From the NCBI GenBank assembly GCA_976226885.1, contig OZ320316.1, positions 68,138,001-68,202,000 of the forward strand: DNA of 64,000 nucleotides, read 5' to 3'. The position numbers and the translations under genes were made by a program. The number at the start of each line of letters is the position of its first letter. Position 1 is the first letter of the stretch. The notes under the pieces were generated by a model that was not told where the DNA came from, did no database searches, and saw nothing but the letters and a program-made list of their open reading frames with translations. Of this stretch, positions 12,122 through 24,100 are shown piece after piece. Source of the stretch: Iphione sp. A-MEVVRFRX5. Lineage: Eukaryota.

Positions 12122-15100
12122 TAATGTCTTTGTTTTATAATAGCATGTTTTGTTGCTCATAATTATGGGGTGACTGCAGCATGTAATCATGAGGTACATT
12201 ACGATATTAGGGTTCTCTTTGACCCTTGATAATTTCGGGAAAAACTAGGTTTTGAACGGTATAATGTCGTAATGAAGTGGAGGGGAAAGGACAGGCGTAC
12301 TTCCTCCAGCATGGTCACTTCTAGGCAGGAGTGTAGAGGCAGGGGCGAGGATACTTTTGAGTATGTTTGTGTATATTTGGGCGTTGTGGCCACCCCTTCA
12401 AACTTACATGGGCAGATTGAGAGATTAACCCTTCAAATTTACAGATTGAGTCAGCAGTTTTCCCACATGGTTTGAACCTAGGTGGTACCTCAGTCACTTT
12501 TGGCGGGAGTTTGGATGCACCTCCTAGCTACATACCTGTAGATGCAAATGCATACATGTATATCGAGATAATCTGGACAGTTTGTAAAACAAAAATCAAG
12601 GTTTTACGCCAGTGATAAAGCTTTAAAGTCTCCTCTATTTACGTAAGTAGTTTACATACTCGGTCCATCGCTCGCAGGTATCAAGCCGTGGGCAGAGGAC
12701 AGATTTAAGTTGCTGGAAAAAGACTTGGAAGAGTTCTATGCATCAACTGAAGCACACTATCCAGCCAAACGAGACAAGTACCCGAGTTTCAAGGAAAAGC
12801 TTGTCGACAAGTCGCAAAAATCCGAAGTAAAAGCCTCCAATTCTTCCCTAGCGTAAGTCTGTAGGAAACGAATTTTCTCATATCTCAGTTGACATACAGT
12901 ATCGCCTCCAAAACCCTTAAAAATCTATTTCACCTAAGATTTTAAAAACTGTTATATTATATTGAGAGTATTATCTTCCAGCTAGTTAAATGCTTTTTCT
13001 CTTTTCTCAACGTTCTTCCATGTCAAACTAATTCTTACGCTCGGATATCATCGTATCTAAAATGTATTCAAAGTAGGCACATTAATTTCTCTTTTCTGAA
13101 AACGCTTTTTCTCTTTAGGTCCGTGACCAGAGACTCAGATGTTCGACTTGATACACTTGTCAATATGATCGACACTGTAACTGATGAAATGACGATCCAT
13201 AAGGAGAAGGTACATAGATATATTATCAAAGAGATTCAAAATTTGTACTTAATGGCGCTAGAACCGTGTTGTGCCACTGAAAACACAATTAACACTGTAA
13301 ATAACTTCTGTCAGACCGAACACCATGATATATAGAAATAGAGGAAGCATCATGACCTAATGATGTGGTATAATTATTCTTGTTCAAATGAAAATCCAGT
13401 TAGCCACTTCCAAGTCTAAAAATAACCTCTACTCGTTTATACACAAGCAATGCACACAAACTGATAACACACAGCACACATGAATTAGCAATGTGCACAG
13501 AACAGTTTTGTGAGAGGAAATTATGGTCCCAAACTGAAGAGTACACAGTAACTTTGGCTAAAAAGCCTTACTCTTTTCCATGCAATGATCTTTTTGAAAA
13601 TTTGCAGTCTAGGAGATAAAACTTTGCATTTCCTACAAAGTCTGAACTAAGTTTCTATATTAGATATTTCCATTTTTACAAATCTTTCAAGTTCAAGTTC
13701 AAGTTCAAGTTCTTTATTGACGTCTTTGCAGCAATCAAAGATTTAATACATAAGCATTCAGTTAGAATATTAGATAATGTGAAGGAACATACACCATAAA
13801 GAGGCCTGATCTGTCAGCTTTAATTTGATGTATAATATGTATATATTGTGTATGAATTAGGTATGAAAGAAATCAAGCAAAAGTAGCTACCCCCCCACTA
13901 CCTAAATATCCTCTGTTCATATTCATACTGCTTGATTGTAATGTAAGCCTAATATAGTTCATGAAAATGCATTTTGAATGTTACTAATGAATTTGTCATA
14001 TCTAAAAACCTTTGTATATGAAGGTTTATAAGTAAGAAAAATGTTTTGCAAAATCTATCATGGTGTCATATTTAAGCCAGATTTCATTCCTATGGGACTT
14101 TATTTCACCCAATTCTTCCCATTTTGTAGCATGAAACCTTTTGTAATTCAATAACCACTTGTGCAATTTGCAAAATTCAAAAAGCAAAATAAATGAGAGG
14201 GTGTGCCCCATCTACTAGATATGGTGTTAATGCCATAGAAGAGATTTCACAAAATGGTGTCACATTGCTACATGAATGCAAATGTCCCTCAGGTGGCACC
14301 CAACCCTATGGCAAGCTTTCGCCAACCAACTGTCATCGTCGAGCCAGGCTCTCGTCCACAGACAGCACCCCCTGGTGCCAGAGCAAGACCACCTTCCCCA
14401 GACAAGTAAGCTTCTAAAGACCTCCTTAACTCTCTGGTCCTTCATATATGTGCCACTGTTTTCACACTGTAATGCAATTTTTTTTATCTCCGCCTACCAA
14501 GATTGACTCCAGATATGCTTTTTTAGTATAAAGTGTAACGCACATTGCCACGTTTTCATGTATTAGAAGGTCAGTTCACTTGAAGTATTAGACTTTAGTA
14601 CCAGGGGTAGACACAAGGTGTCTACCTGATATATGACAGAGGTGGTGCCACTGCAGGAGAACCTCACACACAGCTCACTTTTAGTGGAGCAGTCACTGTG
14701 GTTAGACTCATCTACACACTTGTGTCTATTTAAACCATTTTGTCTTTATTCCGTCAGCTTAGAATCATTTAGAATCATTGTTTGTGCATCTAGAAGGAGG
14801 GATAGCATTCCTGGATCACTGTAAGTGTAAAATTTGGTATATTTTTGTCATTTCTTTGGCTTTCTTCGACTACGGACATGGCTTCCTTGATGGAAGGAGA
14901 GGGAGATAACCAGATTGAGTTCAGTCCCTCTGCAAAGTGAAAAAGGGATAGTAAGTCATCTCATACAATGACTAAGTTGAAGAAATCACATAACTCCTCC
15001 TCTAGGTGTCTCTCCAACCTTGATGAGTTGAAAGACAGGCTTGGAGGAGTCTCAGGTGTGAGAGGGCCAGGGAAGTCATCTGCTGATGCTTCCATTTAGC

Positions 15101-18100
15101 TGGCGAGGTCATGGGGGTTGTCCTCAGATGCACCAGTTCTACCCGCCTCTGAAAGGTCAATGACCTCATTAAAGGGATTCGCTCAGTTGGCCCAGGCAGT
15201 CAATGTTCCCTTGGGAACAATTAGAGCAATTACCCCAGTGACCTTGATTGCTATCAATCAAGACACTTTGAGGTCGACCTGTGTCAGTCAAGCTGTGGGG
15301 CTGATCTCAATTGCTAATCAGGTTGACCATGCTGCAGGTAGATCATCCCTGGACAATTTGACTTTGAATGTGAATGCTCACATGTTGGGATCGATGTATG
15401 TTGGTCAAGATTCAGGTCAATCGTTGCTGGATAATTCTACTTTGAATTTGAATACTTGTGCATAAGGGTCAATTTAGGTCATCCAAGCTGTAGGAGGTCG
15501 ATCGTCAGTGGATAATTGAACTTTCAATACTCATGCTTTGGTGTTGGCTTAAGCTGGCCAACCTATATTGTCTTTGAATGATTCAGCTAGCAGGCATTCA
15601 AGTTATGTTGGCTTATTGCTCTCAATCCCTAACTTGACTCCAGAAGTCAAAGTGTTGAGTGGGTCATATCCAGAAATTAGTCATAAGTCAAAGCATTGAA
15701 CAGGTCATATCCAGAAATACAGGGTTAGCAGCAGATAACCCTGTTCATATGTGTGTGTAGCCCATTGTCTGCTCCTCTGGTGGCAGTTAGAGTGCTCGAT
15801 TCCAATCTTGTGGATACCTTTGCGAACTTGACAAGTTCTTTTAGTCAAGTTGCAGGAGCAGTTGATGCAGCACTTGGTGCAACATATGGGACAGGCTGTG
15901 CACCCTCATGAGGCACTCATGATATCACAGCAGCAGTTGTTGCAATCTTTTTCTATGGACATGCGACATGGTATTGAGTCTCTGGGGCATAATATAGCCC
16001 AGGGATTAAATATGTAGATTGAACACGAACAGGACAATGAGGATGAGGAAGCTTAGGATGATGTGGCTTTTCAGGTCTCAGCAGTGTCATTGGAGCCAGA
16101 ATCTCTTTCTTTCATGCCCCCTTTTGATAGAATGGACATTGGCAATGAGGTCAGGTCACCTTTGGGTGGGGATGGGGTCCCTTTATCTAAGAAGGTGTTG
16201 CAGCCATTTAAGGCAGAATTTCTGGGGGACATGTGAAAGAGTCATCTCCAGCCTTCCAACCTTGAGCAATTGTAGGTGTGCAGGCTCAATGATATTCTGT
16301 TTATGAACTTGTGAAAGGAGGTGTGAGAGAGGAAGTTTGTACTCCAGAAGGTCAGCAATGACCTCATGTCATGTCTCATCACTTCATGTAGGGCAATAGA
16401 GCTGATTGTTCCCCATGTGGAAGAGAACCATTGGGTGGCAAATGCACAGCAAGCTGTCATAGACTCCTTGGTGTTGGGGGGTTCCAAGGGTTAATCAAGA
16501 CATGTAGGAAAGAGTTGAAACCACTACCTGTCTTCTCCGAGATTCCTTTTGGCAACAATATTCTTTCAGTGGTGAAGGAAGTAAAAGATAACTCTATCCT
16601 GTTGAGTCAATTGGAAAAGAAGGCAGGTGAGTTGTCGCAACCCTCAAAAACCCCTGTTTACAGGGGAAGTGCCAGAGGCAGAGAAGCTAGAGGCAGGGGT
16701 GCTTCATTCCACGCATTCTGTAGGTTCCAGTTTTAACATTATCAGTATCAGCCAAGGCCCCAGTACTACCAGCAGCCACCACCTGTGCCATACCAGACCA
16801 TTCACCAACCCCAAAAATTGCAGCAGCAGCAGCAACAACAGTAACAGCCTCCTCCAGTGAGGAAATACATTTTGTTGCAGGGAACTTAGTTTCCTTCAGA
16901 AAGCAGTAGGCAGGGTGACTTGTGATAGGGAAGTGTTGGAAGCAGTGTCAAACTATAAGCTTGACCTTATGTTCTTGCACTGTTGAGCAGTGACCTGTCC
17001 CATTCTTGGAAGCCAAGTCGAAATTTGTGCAAGAGAAATTGTCTAACCTCTTTTAAAGTAAGGTCCATTTTGGTTTTGGATCCAGTTCTGCCTGATGCTT
17101 TTCTGGGTCACCAAGTACAAACATTTTAAGATGGACACCTTGGAAACTGTGTTGACTCTCATCTTAGAGGGTTTGTTTCATTACATCAGCAGATCTTAAG
17201 AATGTGTATTATATTAATCCCATTTGATTTTTGCATTGGAAGTATTTGGCTTTTGCTTGGCGGGGAGTGGTCGATCGGTGTGACATGTTACCATTCAGTC
17301 TGTCATCTGCCCTTAGAAACTTTATGAAGATCATGGCTCCTCCTGTTGCTCACCTAAGGGAGCAAGGGGTGGTGTTGGCTTCTTACATTGATGACATTAT
17401 TATTATTGACAGAGACACTCAGGAATATTACTTTTTCATCTCTAAGACTGTGAAATTATTGCAGTCTGTTGGCTTAGAACCAGCCCAGTCTGTTATCTTT
17501 CTGGGTTACATTAACTTTGTTGACATGGTGTTCATGTCTACTGAGTCTAGTGTGGCCAACGTCAGTGCTCACACTGAGTCTGTTTTGGTGCAAGGGGTCA
17601 ATGTCATTTGTAGTGTGGCCTTAATTTTGGGAAAGGTTGTTCACCTTACCAGGGCTTCTATGTATGGTAAGAACCACTTCAGGACTTTAGACATTTATAG
17701 ATGTGGTCTCTTGCTCAAGCTGGACAGGCTCAATATGAATGTTATATGACCTTATTTTGTGCTGCTGGGCAAGATATGAGGTAGTGACTTGGAATCTGCC
17801 TTGCATTGGTAAATTAGTTGTTCAGGAGTTCAGCCATGTTTTGTATAGGATGGGGAGTTAGCTCAGTGGTAGAGCACTGGTCCACTGACTGAGAGGTTGC
17901 AGGTTCAATCCTGGGGTTGGGACTCTTGATCAAGACTAGATAGATTTACTGTAGCCCCAACCCAGAGTGGTCTACAACTCATAAAAAGGCTGTGGGTGTA
18001 TAGGATTCTGTCTCCTATGCACAAAAAGACCTCAGAAACCTACTCAAAATAAGAGTAGGGGGCAACCCTGGGTATTCTGGTCTTTTAATTCTCAACAATA

Positions 18101-21100
18101 GATGGTAGTATGCTATCCCAGGAGGATATGGAAGAGCCCAGTCATGTGATCGGGAATATCTAGTTTCTGGTAAAAGATACAATGAAATGAAAAACTGAAA
18201 AATGAAATACTGATGCTTCTGAGTTCAGTTTGGGTGCATGGTTTGATGGTTCTGCCTTTTATGGTAGATGGAAGGTGCATGAGAGTGTTTCAGATTGACA
18301 CACTAGAGGTTAAAGTGGTGGTGTTAGCTTTAAAGAGTTGTTTTCTGATAAGGACAGATTTCACATCAAGTTAATGTGGGATAATACTACTGCTGTTTGT
18401 TATGTGAACAAGATGGGAGGTGGTAAGTGCCCACTGGTGCATATTGTGGCCTATAAGATTTGGTTGTTTTTTTAGGGGAAGGCATCTTTTTGTCACTGCT
18501 TTCTATATTTCAGGTCATTCAAACAAACAGGCTGATTATGACATTTTCAAGATAATTTGGAGTAATGCATTAGCCCCCCTCCCAATGTTTTAGGCAGTGG
18601 TGAGTTCTTAAGGAACTCCTAATATTGATTTGTTTGCCTCTAGGCTTAGCCACAAAATGCCTGAGTATGTCAGTTGGCATCCTGATCCAGGAGCTGTGTT
18701 TATTGATGCTTTTCCAGGTGCATTGCCAAGGTGGTGCAGGATCACCCAAGGTCACCCCTGTTATTGATGCCTGCTGGGCCTCGCAGGACCTGGTACAGCA
18801 GGCTTTTCCAAATTGCCCGGCAACCTCCTCTGTTGTTTAGGAAGTCTGACTCAACACCCTAGTTCATCTAGAAAACCCATCAAATCTTGGGGCCATAAAA
18901 ATTATGGCTCTTATCTATTGAATGCAGCTCTTAATGGGAAAGATTTATCCACTTCTGCAATAGCTATGATGTTGTGCTCTTAGAGGCCTAAGACCAGGTT
19001 GGTCTATGACATGTATCTGAAAGGTGGAATACTTTGTGTTTTGAGAAGAACTGGGATCCCTCAAAACCCACTCTCAAACAGGATATGCACTACCTTATGA
19101 ATTTGTTCAATAGAGGCATCAGGTATAGTGCCCTGAACATTCTAAGGAGCACCTTGTCTGCAGTCCTTGCTTTGTTTAGAGGGGTTGTTTTGGGAAAGCA
19201 TCCATATGTGATCAGGATGTTTACTGGATTCTTTAATGTTAGGCCTCCTGTTGCTTGACCAGACTATACCTAGGCTGTGTCCAAGGTTTGTGACTTTTTT
19301 AAGCTTTAGAACCTTTGTCATTCTTGTCCCTAAAGAAGTTTACACTCAATTGTAACATCCTTTTGCTTCTGGCTAGTAGTGGTAAGATGCAGACTAGCTG
19401 TATCATCTAGTTATCCAACATTCATGAGGTTTGGGATGGTAATCTGCAGATTGTCTCCACCAAGACGCTTAAGCAGTCTAGGAAGGGTAGATATGCTTCC
19501 CAGCTTAAGTTGCTGCCTTTTGTGGCCCAACCAAGTGTCTGTGTTGTTGGATGTCTCAAGGAGTATATTGCTAGGACAGCATCTTTCAGAGCTAAACAAG
19601 AACATGATTCTCATAATTCTGTTTCCACTTCTACTCTAGCTAGGTGGATGAAAGAGGCCATGGTGTTGTCTGGTATTGACACATAGATTTTCTTCATTCA
19701 TTCCACAAGGTCTGTCTCTTTGTATAAGCTGGCATAGATGGGTATGCCATTGTCAGAGATTATGACAAGGGGGATGTGGAGTCATGCGAGTACTTTCAAG
19801 CTTTATTACTGGAAGGACATTGGAGGTTGACAATCAGCAATAGGCTGTTTGCTCAACCACAGATGTCCATGCCGATTTTAAACAAGTCATTCTTAGTGCT
19901 TGAGATGAATCAGCTGATGTCCAGGTTTGTTTGGTCAATCTCCAAGTCTTCTGTTAGTGAAAGTTTTGGATCATTCAGCACTTCTCATGTTGGATCAATT
20001 TATTGGATCAATTTATTGAATTCATTAAAGTCGGCATGGATGTCTGTGGCATCAATGAGTGCAGTTGAACAGAAGGCTTCAAGTTAGGTTCGGCTGGCAC
20101 AGGCAGCAATGATCTTAATTGGCTTTCAGCTGACTCCTCCTGTAAAATTGAGCTTAATTGGCTCATTGAAGGAACCAGGGATCCTGAATGAATCATTGTG
20201 CTTAGTAGTACCCCCCAAGCTCAATAGGTGTGTTCAACTTTTAATGGTTTATCTTCTCTCCCTTCTTAACCAAGGTTGTATATGTGTGTTCCTATAACTG
20301 CTTCAGCTGCTGTCGCTAAACCCCCTGATAGTCACAGTTGGCTGTCAGGGGCCTTGGACAAGCTTACATAGTTCTTGATGAAATTGCAAGAGCATCAGTT
20401 TAACTTACAGCGACAGTTCATACTGGAATTGTCAGAGAATCTCAAGGAAGGTTTTTCAGCCTTTGGACAAAACTTGTCAGCAGGGTTAGATCAACAAGAA
20501 GCCAATAATAATCTTCCTGAGAGGGAAGATGCAGACGCCATGGCCTCTGTGCTTTCTGAGGTAAGGAAGAGGCAAATTCACTGTCTTTATTGGTGGCCCA
20601 GATTGTAAGGCAGGTTTCCAAGTTAGTTAATCTTTATTTCAGCAGAGTAGACACATATAGGTAGCACTGTGGAGCTCTTCGTAAATCAGAGACATTATAT
20701 ACCAAATAGTTCATGACCCTAGTGTCATAGTTTATAACCTTATGTCAAAGTATGTACCCTTTAGGTCATAGGAAACATGAACTCTGACCAGGGTGCATGA
20801 CCTGGGTCATGACCGGTCAATTTTCAAATTAACCCCTGTTCCCACTCTAACACCCTTTCATGATATATGTCTTTTCCAGGTGTCCACTGTCAACACCTTT
20901 TACTGATAACTCCCAAGATCTACATTTCAATGTTCCAATTTGTTATGTCCACATGTCAGCCTTACCTAGATTGTGGGTGTCTGCTCCAGCTAAGACTGTT
21001 GGTGTTCAGACTTCTAGTGGCACCACTTAGTAACATGGTACAGCTGTTGTCTCCACACAGATAGTGCTTAAAGACATATCTGCACACTGTACAAGGAACT

Positions 21101-24100
21101 CGCTTTCATGTCTTAATGCTTTCATAAATAAATATGATGTTTATTTAACCACAATTAAAATCAAAATTAATTATATAACACATTGTGTTACAAGATGGAC
21201 ACGGGGGGGGGGGGGGAAATCAGGTGGGATATGTCCAGGAGAGTTGTTAGCCTCTTCAACAAGGTCCTAAAGCCACGACAGGTGGATTTTCTGGCAGACA
21301 CATGCACGAGCCATTTGAGGCCCTCAGACACTCAAATCATATTAAAACACCCTAAACCATCTGGGTAGTCCCGCAAATATAGAGGCTATAAAGTTTATGG
21401 CCTTTCTCTGTTGAATGCAGTCCCTCAATGACAAGGATTTATCTCTATCCATGAAAGCCAATATATTGTTTTCCTGGGGGCCTAAGACACAGTTAGTTTA
21501 TTTTTCCTGTCTTAAAAGATGGAGTACTTTGTGTTTCCAGAAGGATTGGAATCCTGTGAACCATTCCTTTATACAAACCATGCAGTTTCTCGTTCATTTG
21601 TTCAATACGAGAATCAGATATAGTGATCTCAATAGTGCTAGAAATGCTTTGTCTGCATTTGAGAAGCATCCTGATGTATTCAGGTTGCTCTGCGGTTTCT
21701 TTAACATGAGACCTGCTGTAGCTAGTTAGTAGCTTAACTACACCTGGGATGACCCTAAGGTGTTAGACTTTCTTAAGCTCTGGATGCCCTTGTCTTTGTT
21801 TTCTCTTGAGAGGTTGACTTGGATGTGTAACATGCTTCTTTTGTTGGCCACTACTGACAGGATTCAGACTATCTTTAATATTCAGTTGTCCAATATTCAT
21901 GAGATTGGAGATCAGATAGTTTTTCACAAAGACGTTTTAGGTATAGCAAGTGTGCTTCTAAGATCAAATTGGTACCTTTTGAGGCTCAGCTAGGTATTTG
22001 TGTGATCAAATGTCTGAAGAAATGTATTACTAGGACTGCCTCTCTCTGAGGTAGTTAAGAAAATGATTCTTTGTTTATATTATCTTCTGCCTGTTGTAAG
22101 TCTGTTTCCCCATCCACTTTGGCAAGGTGGACTCAGGCCTGTTTCACATGTGTCCATTATAGAGGAACACATCCATTTGCACTTCTGTTGCTTCACTAAC
22201 CTCAATGGAGCTATTCATATGCCCATGTTAGCATGACTAAAAGAACCATTTGTGTTTCCCTGATCCATCTAGAATAGGTTATCCCATATCATACTCTCTG
22301 GTAGCATAGGAAAGTACTGAAGGAAGCATCTGGTAACCATGTGCAGCTCATAATTTCATGCACACAATAGGGTGTGCATTTTTTATGCACAATTCATTAT
22401 AAAAACATCAATGGATAAATGAGAAACCCCCCTCAGGAAGTCATGTCTTTAGCTTTTATACGCGGGTCTTTTCAATCCATTCATCTAGGTCTGCCTCTTC
22501 TTCTAAGCTGGCCGAGATGGGTATGTCTTTGTCAGAAATTATGAAGAGGGGCATGTGGAGTCCTGCCCATACTTTTAAGTTTTTTCTACTTGAAGGATAT
22601 TCAGCAATAGGCTTTTTGTTCTACCTCAGAGCCTTATGGCTTTGAAGTCTCAGGGAGCTGCCTGGTGTCTGCCACTAGTACTGAGGTTAGTTGCTTACAT
22701 GAACTGACCAGTGAAATGGGTCATGACTTTGTAACATTGGGTAGACACTACCTGCCTCTCCCTCCATTTGGGCATCAATTACCATTAGTTTCTGTGGTTT
22801 CTCTTCTCATCCTATTGCTGTCTATTAAAGTGCCTATGTGTATAGCAGTCTACCATAGTGCCACCTGGATTGCATCTCAGTTAGACACCTGTGTCTGTCC
22901 ACTAGTACAAAGTCATGATCAAGTTTTACTGGTAAGTTCATGTCATCTACTAATTTACTTGGCGCACTAGGCCCTGCATTATGAGGTATTTAGATTATTT
23001 GGTTATAAATCCCTTTATTAGGATCTTGATTTTAAGCAATCAGAATGATTGTTTCAATGCCCCATGGTAAAATGCCTGCTCCGATAGTTGCCTCGAATTA
23101 CCTACATTCTGTGGTGGGTTTATACAGCAGGGATACCCGCAGTGAGTCCCATGCCTACAGTAGAGTGGCTCAAGGGAGGGAGCAGCTCCTCCTACGTCCA
23201 GCCACCGGAAGCTCAGGATCGACGACCGACCTGCAGCGGATACCCGCAGGTGCGCTGGATCTGGTCGATTGGCGCGGCAAAGTTACGCCCGATTCGGCGC
23301 GGAGCAAGTGAGTCTATCAGCAACCATCCTCCACTGTGTATGAAAATCCTATCTGGAGAAAATGCTTATGAAACTTCGACGATCTTAGGTTACCCTCTGG
23401 TTATTTTTCAACGAACGTTTCACAATACTGTTCTACAGAAACTAGTGAAACAGGTTCCAGAGTTGGACCTGGGGGGAGGGCATGATACATGCGTATATAT
23501 CATTGAAGCGACTCAATTTTCATTTGTCCTCTTTGAATCACTGTAGATGGAGTCAGAACTTTGGCGGTCATTCGTACATTCAGAAGATGGCCCGCCCGCG
23601 CTCCTCATTACGCACGGGTACTGCTTCGTCGCACAATGCGCCTTCCTCCAGGAGACCGAAGACGTCGAACACACCACAACCGGTCGAGGACAGGTACTTG
23701 TGGACGCCCGAGTCGGTAAGCTCCGTAATATAGATGCATACATATTATTATATAGAGAGATATGTGCGTATTTGTGTATGTGTAGCATAAACTGTTTATA
23801 GCAGTACTGTATAACTTAGACTGCCTCACGCACTCCTTAGGTTAGTTGGTTGGGGAGTTTTCTGGTCACCTGGCAGCAAATCACCCGACCACAGTTTAAC
23901 TTGCCGGGTAGTACTGCCGGGAGGTTATAACTTTTTTGTTGAGGATATCCACATGTCAATCCTTTTTACACGTATATCATATAATCACGTATACGTAGTT
24001 ACACCTTTGCATGAGTAAATAGGATTAATTTAGAAGAAAGTTTGAGCCATTCATAGGTAGATTGAATGTTATTAATGTATGACACAGTGCACATATGTAA

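Noticed and set aside
17850-17925. tRNA gene
   Set aside because: Only boxes A and B are tRNA-like; the sequence continues into a SINE body and tail and sits inside a DIRS ORF.
20375-20561. Possible host exon ending GAG|GTAAGG
   Set aside because: Peptide parallels the DIRS gag near 15900, and the host frame closes from exon 7 to exon 8 without it.
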